Below are positions 25,836 to 43,094 of a DNA stretch of 64,000 nt, in pieces. The stretch is from the human T2T-CHM13v2.0 reference genome, Homo sapiens. Each line of letters opens with the position of its first letter. The first letter of the stretch is position 1. The DNA lies in the NCBI RefSeq assembly GCF_009914755.1, contig NC_060932.1; one strand, 5' to 3'. The position numbers were made by a program, and so were the translations under genes. Under the pieces are notes generated by a model, which saw nothing but the letters and a program-made list of their open reading frames with translations, ran no database searches and was not told the origin of the DNA.

Positions 25836-27469
25836 ATGTTTGAACACTTCCTTTCTGCACTATAAGATGCTCCAGGCTCATCTATATTTCATCTTTATTT
25901 CTTTTCCCAATATTAGAACCCATTATTTCTCTAAGGAGCTCTGGATCGTTTTATTGGAGAATAGCACTAGAAATCAAGACCTGGGTGCTAGGTATGCTCC
26001 TTGTTGCTGTGGTGTTGTTGCTTCTAGTACCTCCCAGGCGATAGAGCAAGAAAACCTGTATCTAAACTAAACTTTTTATATATACATCTCTATAAATATT
26101 TCTATATGCAATTTTCTATATCTATACTAAACTAACTGCGAGTTTACACAAATGCCTCCAACTCTAATTCATTACTACATGAGCCATCATAGCCTCTTCC
26201 TCCCTTGCTTATCTGTAACTTCCTACTTCAACAGTGAGAAATTAGGTTCCCACCATCTACCATCCATTTACTTAACTGTATAGTTACATGCATATTGGAA
26301 TCAAACAATTAGGTAAATGGGTTCCTGATGCTGGAAACCAGGTACAGAATTATTAAACTTTACTCCCATGGGAAACAACTTCATCAACTAGACTTCAGCG
26401 CTTATATATAGTTCCTTCTGCCTTAGTCTTACAGGCTATACTTATCTCCAAAGTTACTTAGGCCATTCCTTCTTCTGCCTTCTCCTGCAGTGAGATTGTT
26501 TCATACACTGAAATACAGTTAGATTATTTTGTTACATTCTGAGTTCCATCCTGAGATTCCTTGACCTCCTAAATATATTTTATTTGCATACATTAAGGTT
26601 TACTCTTTGTGCTAAACTTTTATGGGTTTTGACAAACAGATATTGTCAAGTATCCATTATTGCAGTATCATACAAAAGAGTTCTACCATCCTAAAAAATC
26701 CCATGCTTCATCAACTCAATCGTCTCTATTACACCTGAACTTCTGGCAAACACTGATCTCTTTACCATCTCTTTTATTTTGCCCTTTCCCGAATCCCACA
26801 TAATTGGAACTATACAGTATGTATGTACTCTTTTCAGACTGGCTTCTTTTATTTAGCAATATGCACTTAAAATTCATCCATGGCTTTGCATGGTTCATTA
26901 GCCCATTCCTTTTTATCACTTTTTGTTGGACTAAAATTCCTTTATATGTATGTACCATCATTTGTTTATCCAGTCACTTATTGAAGGATTATCTTTTCTC
27001 CCAGTTTTTAATAATTATAAATAAAGCTACTATAAACATTTTATTTGTGTTTTTATGTGAAGATAAGTTTTTAAATCAGTTGAGTAAATACCTAGGAACA
27101 CAATTGCTGGTTCAGATCATGTTTAGCTTTGTAAGAAACTGCAAAAGTTGCTGTACCATTTTGTATCCCCACAGGCAATAAAAGAATATTTCCATTGCTT
27201 CACATTTTGCCAGAAATCAATATTGTCAGTTTTGGGATTTTTGCCATTCTAATAGGTATGTAATACTTTCTAATTGTTCTTTTAGTTTGCATTTCCCTGA
27301 TGATAAATGATTTTGAGTATCTTTTGTATGCTTATTTTCCATCTATGTATCTTCTTTGGTGAGGTGTCTATTCATCTCCCACTTTTAATTGAGGTGTTTG
27401 TTTTAAAGTTTTTAAAGTGTTTGTGTACTTAGAGAAAGAAAAAAAAAGAGAAAGAGAAAACAAAGAAGT

Positions 27470-28342
27470 AAAATTATTAAGCATATACTCTATGCAGGCA
27501 CTATTCTGGACACTGGAGATAAATTAGGGAACAAAATAAACAACACCCTGCCTGTATAATGATTTTATTCTGCTGGGGAGAGTAGAAAAAAGCAATGAAT
27601 AATATAAATGAATGAATCAAAAGGAAATACAAAAAAAAAAGAAAATAGTAAAAGGGATGTGGAGGGTGGGTACAGGTAGCAGTATAAACATTTGTTGTCA
27701 GAGAAGGCCTTATGGAAAAGGTGACATTTACACAAAGACTTAAAGGAGATTAGCAAGCCAAGGAATATCTGGAGAAGAGTTCCTGAGCTACAGAATACTT
27801 GAACAAAGGACCTAAGGCAGGAATACGCCTAGAGCATTTCAGGAAAGGGGAAAGGCCACAGTGCTTCCAGGGCAGTGAGTGAAAAGAAAGGAGGAAGAAG
27901 AGCAAGTCATATAGGTCCAGAGTCAGCAGATCAGGATGAGCATTTTGGTCATTGAAAGAACTTTGCCTTTTATCTGAGTAAAACGATGTTTTGAGTAGAG
28001 GAGTGGCATTACCCGACTTACATTTTAAAGGGATTGCTCTAGCTGATGTGTTGGAGAAAGACTATAGTGGGGAAAGGTTAGAGCCAGAAAGTCTTGTTAG
28101 AAGACTACTGCAATAGTCTAGGTAGGAAAGGAGGGTTGCTCTAGAACGGAGTGGTAGCAATGGAGGTGGTGAGAAACAGTTGGATTATGGGTATACTTTG
28201 AAATACCCACAGCATGATTTCCTGATGGGTTGGATATGAAATAAGAGAGGAATAGAAGAGTTAAGGTTTCAAGATTTTTAGGCCCAAGCAAGAGGCAAGA
28301 TGGATTTGCCATCACCTGAGATGGAGACAGCTGCGTGGGAAA
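27470..28342 (-). mobile_element. L2a 3' portion
   Basis: ACTCTATGCAGGCACTATTCTGGACACTGGAGATA, GAAAAGGTGACATTT, ACTTTGCCTTTTATCTGAGT, CATTTTAAAGGGATTGCTCTAGCTG. Confidence 0.8.
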
Positions 28343-29541
28343 CACTCAACAAATGGGCCGGAGTAACACACCCAAATGAGGAATATGCTGCCTCCAAAAT
28401 CCAAATAAGCCCACTAGGCATTGTGTCTCTTTCTTGCTTGTAGGAGGGGCCAAATGCAGCAACTTATCCTTCACCTTAGAATGAATATCTTGACAGGCCC
28501 CACACCACTGGACCCTAGAAATTTTACTGAGGTAGAAGGTCCCTGAAATTTAGTCAGATTTGTTTCCCATCCTCTGTCATGCAAATGTCTCACAAATTAA
28601 GTCCAGTGTGTTTGCTACTTTTTGCTCACTGGATTCAATCAGCATAATGTCATAAATGTAAATGACCAGTGTGATATCTTGTGGAAGCGAAAAGTTATCA
28701 AGGTCTCTCTGAATAAGATTACGACACAAAGCGGGAGAGTTGATACACCCCTGAGGTAGGACAGTAAAGGTATATTGCTGGCCTTACCAGCTGAAGGCAA
28801 ATTGCTTCTGGTGGGCCTTATGGACAGGAATGGAGAAAAAGGCATTTGCCAAGTCAATGGGTGCATAGCAGGTACCAGGAGATGTGTTAATTTGCTCAAG
28901 CAATGAAACCACATCTGGTATAGCAGCTGCAATTGGAGTCACCACTTGATTAAGCTTATGACAAACCACTGTCATTCTCCAAGATCCATCTGTCTTTTGC
29001 ACAGTGTCTACTGGCAAGGCTGTGCATGTACCTTTTGTTGCAGGTCAGCCACTTGCATGATAAGAGTTTCTGTCTGTTTTTCCAAAATTTCAGCTCATTT
29101 TCTACAAGAGATAAGACCCTTATCCAGGACAATCTTAGAAGATATGAGGCTCAGTATCTGCTTCTGAAGTCAGAAGTTAGAATCCCTGAGTTCATCATTT
29201 TCTTTCATCACTTTGTCCACTAAACTTACGGGCAACCAACCAGCTTCATTAATGTTCTTTAGTTCTCCACATATGGTCAAAGTTATGATGTATGGAGTCA
29301 CTAAACTCCTTGCCTCTCATGAGTGGTGAATCAGGAGTGTCAAATGCATTTATTTTGCATAACTCTCTAAACATTTCACACCAAGGACTATCAGTATTCT
29401 TCATACTATTAGAAGTAGAGTCCTTAGCATTTTTGTGTCTAATCTTATTAAGCAGCCAACTCCAGCATCCCAAAAACCAACTAAAGAACCCTATCCTTAA
29501 TTTTCTGTTTCTCTAGAACCACCACCCCTTGTACCAAAATC
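28343..29541 (-). mobile_element. HERV-L internal remnant: gag 5' part fused to RT fragment, 3' truncated
   Basis: ORF remnants [36 protein letters not shown]...[24 protein letters not shown] (RT) and KNAKDSTSNSMKNTDSPW...LCKINAFDTPDSPL (gag); PBS-like GATTTTGGTAC next to the LTR. Confidence 0.9.
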
Positions 29542-29578
29542 TGTATTAGTCAGGGTTCTCTAGAGGGACAAAACTAAT

Positions 29579-29609
<31 letters not shown>

Positions 29610-30052
29610 GGGATATATATCTGTCTCTAGAGGGACAGAACTAATGGGATATATATATTTTATATATATGTATATATATATATGAGTTTATTAAGTGTTA
29701 ACTCACATGATCACAAAGTCCCACAATAGGTCATCAGCAAGCTGAGGAGCAAGGAGAGCCAATCTGAGTCTCCAAACTGAAGAACTTGGAGTCTGATGTT
29801 CAAGGGCAGGAAGAATCTGGCACAGGAGAAAGATGTAGGCTGGGAGGCTAGGCCAGTCTAGTCTTGTCACATTTTTCTGCCTGCTTTATATTCTAGCCAT
29901 GCTGGCCGCTGATTAGATGGTGCCCACCCAAATTAAGGGTGGGTCTGCCTTTCCTAGCCCACTGTCTGTGGCAACACCCTCACAGACACACTCAGGATCA
30001 ATACTTTGCATCCTTCAATCCAATCAAGTTGACACTCAGTATTAACCATCAC
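29542..30052 (-). mobile_element. MLT2A1-type 5' LTR of HERV-L
   Basis: TGTATTAGTCAGGGTTCTCTAGAGGGAC...(TA)n...GAGTTTATTAAG...CAATCAAGTTGACACTCAGTATTAACCATCACA. Confidence 0.88.
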
Positions 30053-33000
30053 AGACAACAGCAGGTTTTGCTTTCCTTGCCCCACTGGCGTATGTGTGTG
30101 CACCCTGCGCTGCCACCACTGAGGCAGGAGTACAGTTCATCCCTTCTCACCACCGCTGAATGCCATTGCAGTTAGAGCCTTGGCAGGCACAGAGCCTGCC
30201 AGCCCCACCCCTGCCAGCCCCCTGCCCTGTGCCAATACTGCCACAGGAGTCAAACTAGGCACAGAGAACAGTAGACCCTCCCCTGCCTTGAGTGACCACC
30301 CCTGACTGTGGTGCACAGACGACACATACAGACCTGCACCTGCGAGTTTCCTGCCCCCATGCCAACACCACCACCAGTGTGACCACAGAGTTGCCAGCAG
30401 GGGCCCCCTGCTTCCCTGAGCCATGCTGCTTCCACCACTGTGGTGAACAGCTGCACAGAGGCAGGCACCCCAGTACCTGCTAGCACCCTGCTGCAACCAA
30501 TAAGTGTGCACCCTGCTGCACTGCCACTGCCACCGCTGCTGCCATGCGCAAAGAAGGATGGATCCCATTGTCACCATACTATAAAACATTGTAGCTGACA
30601 CCACCCATTAGAGTGTAGTGACCAGTGGTCCAGGAGCACTTCAGCACCCCTGGCACAATGGATTCCAAACCTTGAGGAGCCAGAGAACAAAGTTGCGGCC
30701 GAAGACAAGTCCCCCAGAGTTAGAGTACACAGTCCAGGAGTTGGAAACTGAGTGTCAGTCCCCTAAAATAGTCCAGAAATGAAGCCAGTTGGCCAAATGC
30801 ACCTTATACCATAATCGAACCCCCAAGGTTATCAAGTAGGATAAAAGAAAAAAATCCAAAGGTCAGCAACTTCAAAATTGAAGGAACATAAGCCCGTAAG
30901 AGGAGAAACAATCAGCAGAATTCTGACAACTCAAACATCCAGACTGCCTTCTTTCCTGCAAATGGCCACACCACCTCTCCAGGAAGGGTTCTGAACCAGG
31001 CTGAGATGGCTGAAATGACAGAAATAGAATTCAGAATATGGACAGGAATAAATATCATTGAGATGCAGGGTACATTGAAACCCATTTCAAGGAAGCTAAG
31101 AATCACAATAAAATGAGACAGGAGCTGAGAGACAAAATAACCAGTATAGAAAAGAACATAACTGACCTGACAGAGCTGAAAAGCACACTACAAGAATTTT
31201 ATAATGTAAGCACAAGTATTAATAGCAGAACAGACCAAGCAGAAGAAAGAATATCCACAGCTTGAGGACTGAAATTAGGCTTTCTGAAATAAGACAGTCA
31301 GACAAGACTAGAGAAAAAAGAATGAAAAGGAATGAATGAAACCTCTGAGAAATATGGGATAATATAAAGATACCAAATCTACTACTCATTGGTGTCCCTT
31401 AAAGAGATGGGGATAATGCAAACAACTTGGAAAACATATCAGGATAACATCCACGAGAACTTACCCAACCTAGCTAGAAAGGCAAACATTCAAATTCAGG
31501 AAATGCAGATAACCCCAGTAAGATATTTCACAAGAAGATCATTCCCAAGACACATAATCATCAGATTCTTCAAGTTTGAAATGAAAGAAAAAAATGTTAA
31601 AGGCAGCTAGAGAGAAAGGTTAGGTCACCTACAAAGGGAAGCCCATCAGACTAACAGTGGACCGCTCAGCAGAAATCTTACAAGCCAGAAGAGATTGGGG
31701 GCCAATATTCAACACGACTGAAGAAAAGAAATTTTAAACTAGAATTTCATATCCAGCCAAAACAAAGCTTCATAAGTGAAGGGATCCTTTTCAGACAAGC
31801 AAATACTGAGGGAATTTGTTACCGCCTTACAAGAGTTCCCAAAGAAAGCATTAAATTTAGAAAGGAAAGACCATTACTGGCCACTAAGAAAACACACTTA
31901 AGTACACAGACCAGTGTCACTATAAAGCAACTACATAAACAAGTCTGTATAATAACCAGCTAACATCATGATGACAGGATCAGATCCACAAATGTCAATA
32001 GTAACCTTGAATGTAAATAGGCTAAATGTCACCAGTTAAAATGTACAGAGTGGAAAGCTGAATAAAGAACCAAGACCCATTGGTATGTCATCTTCAAGAG
32101 ACCCACCTCACATGCAATGACACACATGGGTTCAAAATATAAAGGGATGGAGAAAAATCTACCAAGCAAATGGAAAACAGAAAAAAGCAGGGGTTACAAT
32201 CCTAATTTCAGACAAAACAGACTTTAAACCAACGAAGATAAAAAAAAAAAAAAAAGACAAAGAAGGGCATTACATAATGGTAAAGGGTTCAATTCAAGAA
32301 GACCTAACTATCCTAAATATATATGTACCCAACACAAGAGCATCCAGATTCATAAAACAAGTTCTTAGAGAACGTCAAAGAAACTTAGACTCCTACACAA
32401 TAATAGTGGGAGACTTTAATAACCTACTGACAGTATTAGATCAGCAAGGCAGAAAATTAACACATATATTCAGGACCTAAACTCAGCACTGGATCAAATG
32501 AATCTGATAGACATCTACAGAACTCTCCAACCAAAAACAGAATATACATTCTTCTCATTGCCACATAGCACATACTCTAAAATCAATCACATAATCAGAC
32601 ATAAAACACTCCTCAGCCAATGCAAAATAACTGAAACCATAACAACCACTCTTTCAGACCATAGTGCAATCAAATTAGAAATCAAGACTATGAAATTCAC
32701 TCAAAACCACAATTTTATGGAACTCAAGTAATGTGCTACTGAATAACTTTTAGGTAAATAATGAATTCACGGCAGAAATAAAGAAGCTCTTTGAAACTAA
32801 TGAGAACAGAGATACTACATACCAGAATCTCTGGGACACAGATAAAGCAGTGTTAAAAGGAAAATTTATAGCACTAAATGCCCACATCAAAAAGTTAGAA
32901 AGGTCTCAATTTAACAACCTAACATCACAACTACAAGAATTAGAGAACCAAGAGAAAACCAACCCCAAAGCTAGCAGAAGACAAGAAATAACCAAAATTA

Positions 33001-35975
33001 GAGCTGAACTGAAGGAGACTGAGATACAATAAACCATCAAAAGATCAATGAATCCAGGAGTTGTTTTTTTTTTTAAATAGACCACTAGCTAGACTAATAA
33101 AGAAGAAAAAAGAACATTCAAGTAAACATAATTAGAAACAACAAAGGGGATATTACTACTGACCCCACAGAAATACAAATAACCATCAGATAATATTATG
33201 AACACCTCTATGCACATAAACTACAAAATCTAGAGGAAATGGGTAAATTTATGAACAAATATACCCTTTTAAGACTGAACCATGAAGAAATTGAATTCCT
33301 CTACAGACCAATAACAAGCTACAAAATTGATCAGTGATGAATAGCCTACCAACCAAAAAGAGCCTATGACTAGACGGATTCACAGCTGAATTCTACCAGA
33401 CGTACAAAGAAAAGTTGGTACCATTCCTGCTGAAAATATTTCAAAAAATGAGGAGGAGGGACTCCTCCCTAACTCATTCTATGAGGCTAGCATCATCCTG
33501 ATACGAAAACCTGGCAGAGACACAACAAAAAAAGAAAACTTCAGGCCAATATCCTTGATGAACATTGATGCAAAAATCCTCAGCAAAATACTGGCAAACC
33601 AAATCCAGCAGCACATCAAAAAGCTTATCCACCACAATCAAGTAGGTTTTATCTCTGGGATGCAAGGTTGGTTCAACATACACAAATCAGCAAATGTGAA
33701 TCATCACAAACAGAACTAAAAACCAAAAAAAAAAAAAAACCAACATTATCTCAATAGATGCAGAAAAAGCTTTTGATAAAATTCAACAACTCTTCATGCC
33801 ACAAACTCTCAATAAACTAGGTATTGAATAAACATACATCAAAATAATGAGTCATCTATGAAAAACCCACAGCCAACATCATACTGAATGGGTAAAAGCT
33901 GGAAGTATTCCCCTTGAAAATCAGCACAAGACAAGGATGCCCTCTCTCACCACTCCTATTCAACATAGCACTGGAAGTCCTGGCCAGAGCAATCAGGCAA
34001 GAGAAAGAAATAAAGGGCTTCCAAATAGGAAGCAAGGAAGTCAAACTATCCCTGTTTGCAGACAACATGATCCTATGTTTAGAAAATCCCATAGTCTCAA
34101 CCCAAAAGCTCCTTCCGTTGATAATTTCCACAAATTCTCAGGATACAAAATCAATGCACAACAATTACTAGCATTCCTATACACCAACAACAGTCACACC
34201 AAGAGCCACATGAGGAATGCAATCCCATCCACAAAATGAGATTGCCATAAAAAGAATAAATACCTAGGAATACAGCTAAACAGGGATGTGAAAGATCTCT
34301 ACAAGAAGAACTACAAAACACTGCTAGAAGGAATCAAAGATGACACAAACAAATGGAAAAACACTCCATGCTCATGGATAGGAAGAATCAATATTGTTAA
34401 AATGGCCATACTATCCAAAGCAATTTACAGATTCAATGCTATTCTTATTAAACTACCAATGACATTCTTCAGAGAACTAGAACAAAACTATTTTAAAATT
34501 CATATGGAACCTAAAAGAGCCTGAATAGCCATGTTAATCCTCAGCAAAAAGAACAAAGCTGGAGGCATCATGCTACCCAACTTCAAACTATACTACAATG
34601 CCATGGTAACCCAAACAGCATGGTATTGGTACAAAAACAGACACAAAGACCAATGTAACAGAATACAGAGCCTGGAAATAAGGCTGCACACCTTTAACCA
34701 TCTGATCTTTGACAAAGCTGACAAAAACAAGCAATGAGGAAAGGAATCTTTATTCAAATAAATAGTGCTAGGATAACTGAGTAGCTATATGCAGAAGATT
34801 GAAACTGGACCCCTTCCTTACACCATACACAAAAATTAACTCAAGATATATTGAAAACTTAAAAGTAAAACTGAAAACCATAAAAACCCTGGAAGACAAC
34901 CTAGGCAATACCATTCTGGATGTAGGAACGGGCAAAGGTTTCATAATGAAGACACCAAAAACAATTGCAACAAAAGAAAAAATTGACAAATGGGTTCAAT
35001 TAAACTACAGAGCTTCTACTCAGCAGTAGAAACTATCAACAGAGTAAACAGACAACCTACAGAATGGAGAAAATTTTTGCAAGCTATGCATCTGACAAAG
35101 GTCTAATATCTATGGGGAATTTAAACAAAATTAAACAAATTTACAAGAAGAAACAACCCCATTAAAAGTAGATAAAGGACATGAACACTTTTCAAAAGAA
35201 GATATACATTTGGCCAATAAGCATATAAAAAGAAGCTCATCACTGATCATTAGAGAAATGCAAATCAAAACCATAATGAGATACCATCTCACACCAATCA
35301 GAATGGCTATTTTAAAAAGTCAAAAAATAACAGATGCTGGTGAGGTTGTGGAGAAAAGTGAATGATTTTACACTATTGGTGGGAGTAAGTTCAGCCATTG
35401 TGGAAAACAGTGTTGCAACTCCTCAAAGACCTAAAAACAGAAATAATATTCAACCCCACAATCCTATTACTAGATATATACCCAAAGGAACATAAATTGT
35501 TCTATCATAAAGACACATGCATGCATAGCACATGGAATCAACCTAAATGTCTATCAAAGGTACACTAGATAAAGAAAATGTGGTACATATACACCATGGA
35601 ATACTATGCAGCCATAAAAAAAGAACAAGATCATGTCCTTTGCAGGACCATGGATGGAGCTGGAGGCCATTATCCTTAGCAAAGTAACACAGGAATGGAA
35701 AACTAAATACAACCTGTTCTAACATATAAGTGGGATCTAAATAAAGAGAACACATGGACACTGAGGGGAACAACAGACACTGGGGCCTATTGGTAGATGA
35801 AGAGGCCCCCGAGGAGGGAGAGGATCATGAAAAATAACTAATGGGTACGAGGCTTAATACCCAGGTAATGAAATAATCTGTACAACAAACCCCCATGATA
35901 CAAGTTTACCTACAAAGCAAACTTGCACATGTACACCTGAACTTAAAAGTCAAAAAATTAAATTAAATTAAATTG
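30053..35975 (+). mobile_element. near-full-length decayed LINE-1 (L1PA13-class)
   Basis: GC-rich 5' UTR, ORF1 remnant (about 30900-31880), ORF2 from ATGACAGGATCAGATCC (31971) with EN/RT motifs ([27 protein letters not shown]) broken by stops and frameshifts, L1PA13-type 3' UTR. Confidence 0.93.
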
Positions 35976-36018
35976 TAAAATGTTATCTTTTTTTTAAGAT
36001 AGGAGAAATAATTGTAGG

Positions 36019-37850
<1,832 letters not shown>

Positions 37851-38156
37851 GGTCAGGGGCAGTGGCTCGCGCCTGTAATCCCAGCACTTTGGGAGGCTGA
37901 GGTGGGCAGATCACTTGAGGTCAGGAGTTCAAGACAAGCCTGGCCAACATGGCAAAACCTTGTCTCTACTCAAAATACAAAAATTAGCTGGGCATGCTAG
38001 TGCATGCCTGTAATTCCAGCTACTCAGGAGGCTGAGGCATGAGAATCGCTTGAACCCAGGAGACAGAGGTTGCAACCACTGCACTTCAGTCTGGGTGATG
38101 GAGTGACTCTGCCTTAAAATAAATAAATAAATAATAAAATAAAATAATAAAATAAA
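37851..38156 (+). mobile_element. AluS with a small right-arm deletion
   Basis: Perfect 15-bp TSD AGAAGGTGGGTGTGG (37836-37850, 38157-38171); GTTGCA joined directly to ACCACTGCAC. Confidence 0.95.
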
Positions 38157-39009
38157 AGAAGGTGGGTGTGGTGGGGATAAGGGAGTTTAATACTATCAAT
38201 CACAAAGTGAGGTTTGTCCATCAGAAAACACAGCGATCACACCAGCAGAAGCAATCCAAACAGAGTTGTGGAGAGTATTCACTTACAGCATTCCCAGATC
38301 TGAACAGGCTTTTCTCTAATTCTTCATTCACCCTGAGGTTTAAATAGCTGAAAATGGCTTAAAGCTTCCCTTGGAATGAAAGAAGAAATGCACTGAGGTC
38401 ACACATTATTGAGCCAATATAGGTGGGCTTGGTGGAAGGGGATGAGAGACTAGAGGCTTTCCTGGAGCTCGTAACATCACACCATTGCTCACTATGTAGT
38501 GGCTCTTCCATTGTCAGATGTAGCTAGGCAGGCGGAGTGTTTCAGTGTGTTGGTGCTGCTTACAATGATTGCTGTCTGTTTATGGGTTTGTGGCCAAAAA
38601 GACTAATGTGTGGCCAGCCTCCTTCCCATGCTGGGCACATGTGCATATTGATGTGTGCTTGGCAGACGTATTCATGATTTGCACAGCCTGTTGTAATTTT
38701 CCTCTTATGTTCACAATCACTCTGTGGGTTTTACTCAAAAATAGCTATATCATTCCTTGGAGTTGTGTTCCAAGACTGCCTCTCTGTGCTATATTTTTTC
38801 TCATAATCACCAAAGGTGATTCTTTCATGCTTTATGGTTTCCAAAGCAAGTCCACATTCAATATATTTTATTCCAGACTCACAACAACTTTGAGAGATAG
38901 TTGAGTAGTTGTTAATATTATTTCTCTTTTATGTATGAGAAATCCAGCCTCAAGGAAATAAAATAATTTAATGAAATTCAAACAGTTAATATTTGGAAAC
39001 AATAATAGT

Positions 39010-39440
39010 AGCTAATTCTGCTACTGCATTTACCCTGTACCAGCACTGTTCTATACAGTCTACATATTAACTTATATTGTAACTTATATAATCCTTTCAA
39101 TAACCCTGCAACAGAGATGTCATTATTACCATATTTTATAGATGCAAAAACTCTGGCACAAACAAGATACATGCAGTAGAATAGAAGCAAACTCTTAGTT
39201 ATTTGAATTTGGAGGATAAAAGGAAAGAAATCCTCCAGGATATGAAGATCCCTAACTTACATTACTAACTGGATGGTGGAAGAGATCTTGACTATTGTCG
39301 ATAAGGTTGGAAATACAATTATAAGAGAAAGTTGGGGGTAGGGAGGAAAAAGGGAGTTTGGTGTTACTTGTCTAAACTAATGAGTAATATAAGATGGATT
39401 CAAATTCAAGTAGTCTTATTTTCAAACCAGCTATACTGTC
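39010..39440 (-). mobile_element. MIR interrupted by duplicated L2 segment
   Basis: CATTATTACCATATTTTATAGATGCAAAAACT core; resumes GGATTCAAATTCAAGTAGTCT. Confidence 0.55.
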
Positions 39441-39648
39441 CTTGATCCTTACTTCCAACTAAACCATAGTATTTTCCATATCGTATGGTCTTGGGCTTAA
39501 CATAGCAATAAAGTGTTTCACATAGCACTTGCTGCTTGAGGTAATCTACTTTATCTAATTCCTCGAAAGTCACCTCAAATTCTACTTTTTCATTTTCCAT
39601 ACATATCAAGTCCAACAGAAGTGTAATAAGATAAGCAATATCTAATTT

Positions 39649-41156
<1,508 letters not shown>

Positions 41157-41499
41157 AGCAATATCTAATTTTTAAGACCTTGTTCTTTCCATCAAATGTT
41201 TAGTACCACTCAAAGAACTCAAAGTTGCTTGAGATGCTGGTTTTGAAATTTGAGGTAGTCTCAGAGCTCAGTCCTATGTGGGTTTTCTGTTTCTCACTTT
41301 CTTTCCTTTTCTTTTCTCTTTGATTTATAGCATTTTCCAGCTTCCATGGTGTAAATACTTACATTATTGCTTATTTCCATCTACCAACATGATGTCTACC
41401 ACCTTGTGAAATTCCTGAAAGTTTAATTATCAGCTTTAATGCTATCTTAAGTGCTTTTTAGATAACACACTTAAAACTCCTGTCAACATCCTTGTAAGG

Positions 41500-41600
41500 A
41501 ATATTCCATTTATTAGCAATGTTTTACAGATGAGAAAACTGAGGTATAAAAAGTAACTTGCTCAAAATCAAATGGGTACCAAGTGGCAGATAAGGACTTG
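41500..41600 (-). mobile_element. MIR
   Basis: TTTTACAGATGAGAAAACTGAGG core. Confidence 0.65.
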
Positions 41601-41719
41601 GGCATGGGTGTAGCTTTCCCCTGCTCTTTTCTGCTATGCTATACTGCCAGCCTCAGACATGGGGGTGACCTTTCAGCTTCATTCTGTCTCTAAAAAAGAA
41701 GACAAAACTTCAGCCATTG

Positions 41720-42385
41720 ATTCCAAAGTTCCCTACCTGGTTTTCTAGCCTCCCATCTCTCCATTCCATCTTAAAGGCTACTGACAAAACTCTTTCTAAA
41801 GAAAAGAGCTGAACATATAAATCCCCTGCTCAAATGTCTTCAGTTTGCTACTACATATGGGATAAAACACAAATTCCTCATCTGCGTACTCATGTCCTCT
41901 GTGATCAACTCTAAATGCCCCTTTTTTAAAATCTTTGTTACGGCTCCCCTGAAAGTTTCATCTGTTTCAAATATACCAAATTAACTGTGATTTCTAACAA
42001 GCCATGTGCTCTGTTGCGTTCACTGAATGCTCATCTCTCCACTAAATTCCTACTATCTTTGAAGGTCCTGTGCAAATGCCACTTTCTCTCTTACAGAGAG
42101 AAAGATGGTAGGATCTTTGTAAGGTCCTCCCACATGCCCCCAGTGGGAATAATTTTTTTCTGCTTCCCAACTGTCCCACTACATGTGGCATGTCATACCT
42201 CTATTATAGCACTTACAACAATATGTTTTTATTATAGTTATATTCTACAGAGTGGGAAATATGTCTGTCTACCCTACAGTAGAATGAGTCTTTGAGAGCG
42301 GGGGCATGATCCATTCCTCTTTATATCTTTCCCACAGATCCTAGGAGAGTGTCTTGCTAATAGCAAGAGCTGAATAAATATGTGA
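41720..42385 (+). mobile_element. L2 3' fragment
   Basis: CCCCTGCTCAAA, TAGCACTTACAACAA and terminal GCTGAATAAATATGTGAAT. Confidence 0.55.
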
Positions 42386-43094
42386 ATTTCATTGCTACAT
42401 GGGATCAATGAAAATCTAAGTTTGGTGTAAACTGAGTATCCATTCTCATCTTTTCCAGATCATGGTGTACTATCCACCCTAGGTCATTCCCTGAGGACAG
42501 TAGTGTCGGCTTCCTCAGTCAACTAGGGAAGCAGCTTGGGGAAGCAACTAAGACAGTCAACTAAGGAAGCAACAAAACACCTGTACTGTGGCCAAAATGG
42601 GGCACATTTGTAGAAGATCAGCAGCTGGCCAGGGGAAGTCCCATTTTAGTTCTGAGTCTTGGTCCTCTCCTCTTCCAATGACCTGAGGTGGTAATGATGC
42701 CTTCCACTGCCATCCTCTTCCTGGTCACAGACACAGGCACCTCCAAGACTGCAATTCCATTCTATAAGGTGGGATCTTCCACCTCATGAACTCAAAGCCT
42801 AAAATATCTTTGTCCACCCCACCCCTCCTTTGTGTCTCTGCTATCTCACTTTAAAGCCTACAAAAGGAAAACAGACCCATGTGTCCACCCTCCTAAGGTG
42901 CACAGTCACCTGAAAAGTCAATACTCCCTACCTACATGGCAAGATAAGTAGAGTTGATAGAGTGCCTCAAAGGACTCTCAGGCATGATCAAGGTGAGTTT
43001 CTGGGACTATTCCGGATAGACCATGAAAGAAAAACAATAGCTCCACTTCAATTGTGCACTCACCAATCCAATTCCCAGCAGGCATCTCTCTGTA

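Larger units (their letters stand above)
24620..27415 (-). mobile_element. old L1M (L1MC-type) 3' end and distal ORF2, antisense
   Basis: GAGAGTTCCATATACCCC...ATTAATGAACCAATATCAATACATTATT terminus; ORF remnants such as PWMNFKCILLNKRSQSEK. Confidence 0.75.

Noticed and set aside
30053-35975. Potentially active LINE-1
   Set aside because: ORF1 and ORF2 are fragmented by many stops and frameshifts; old subfamily
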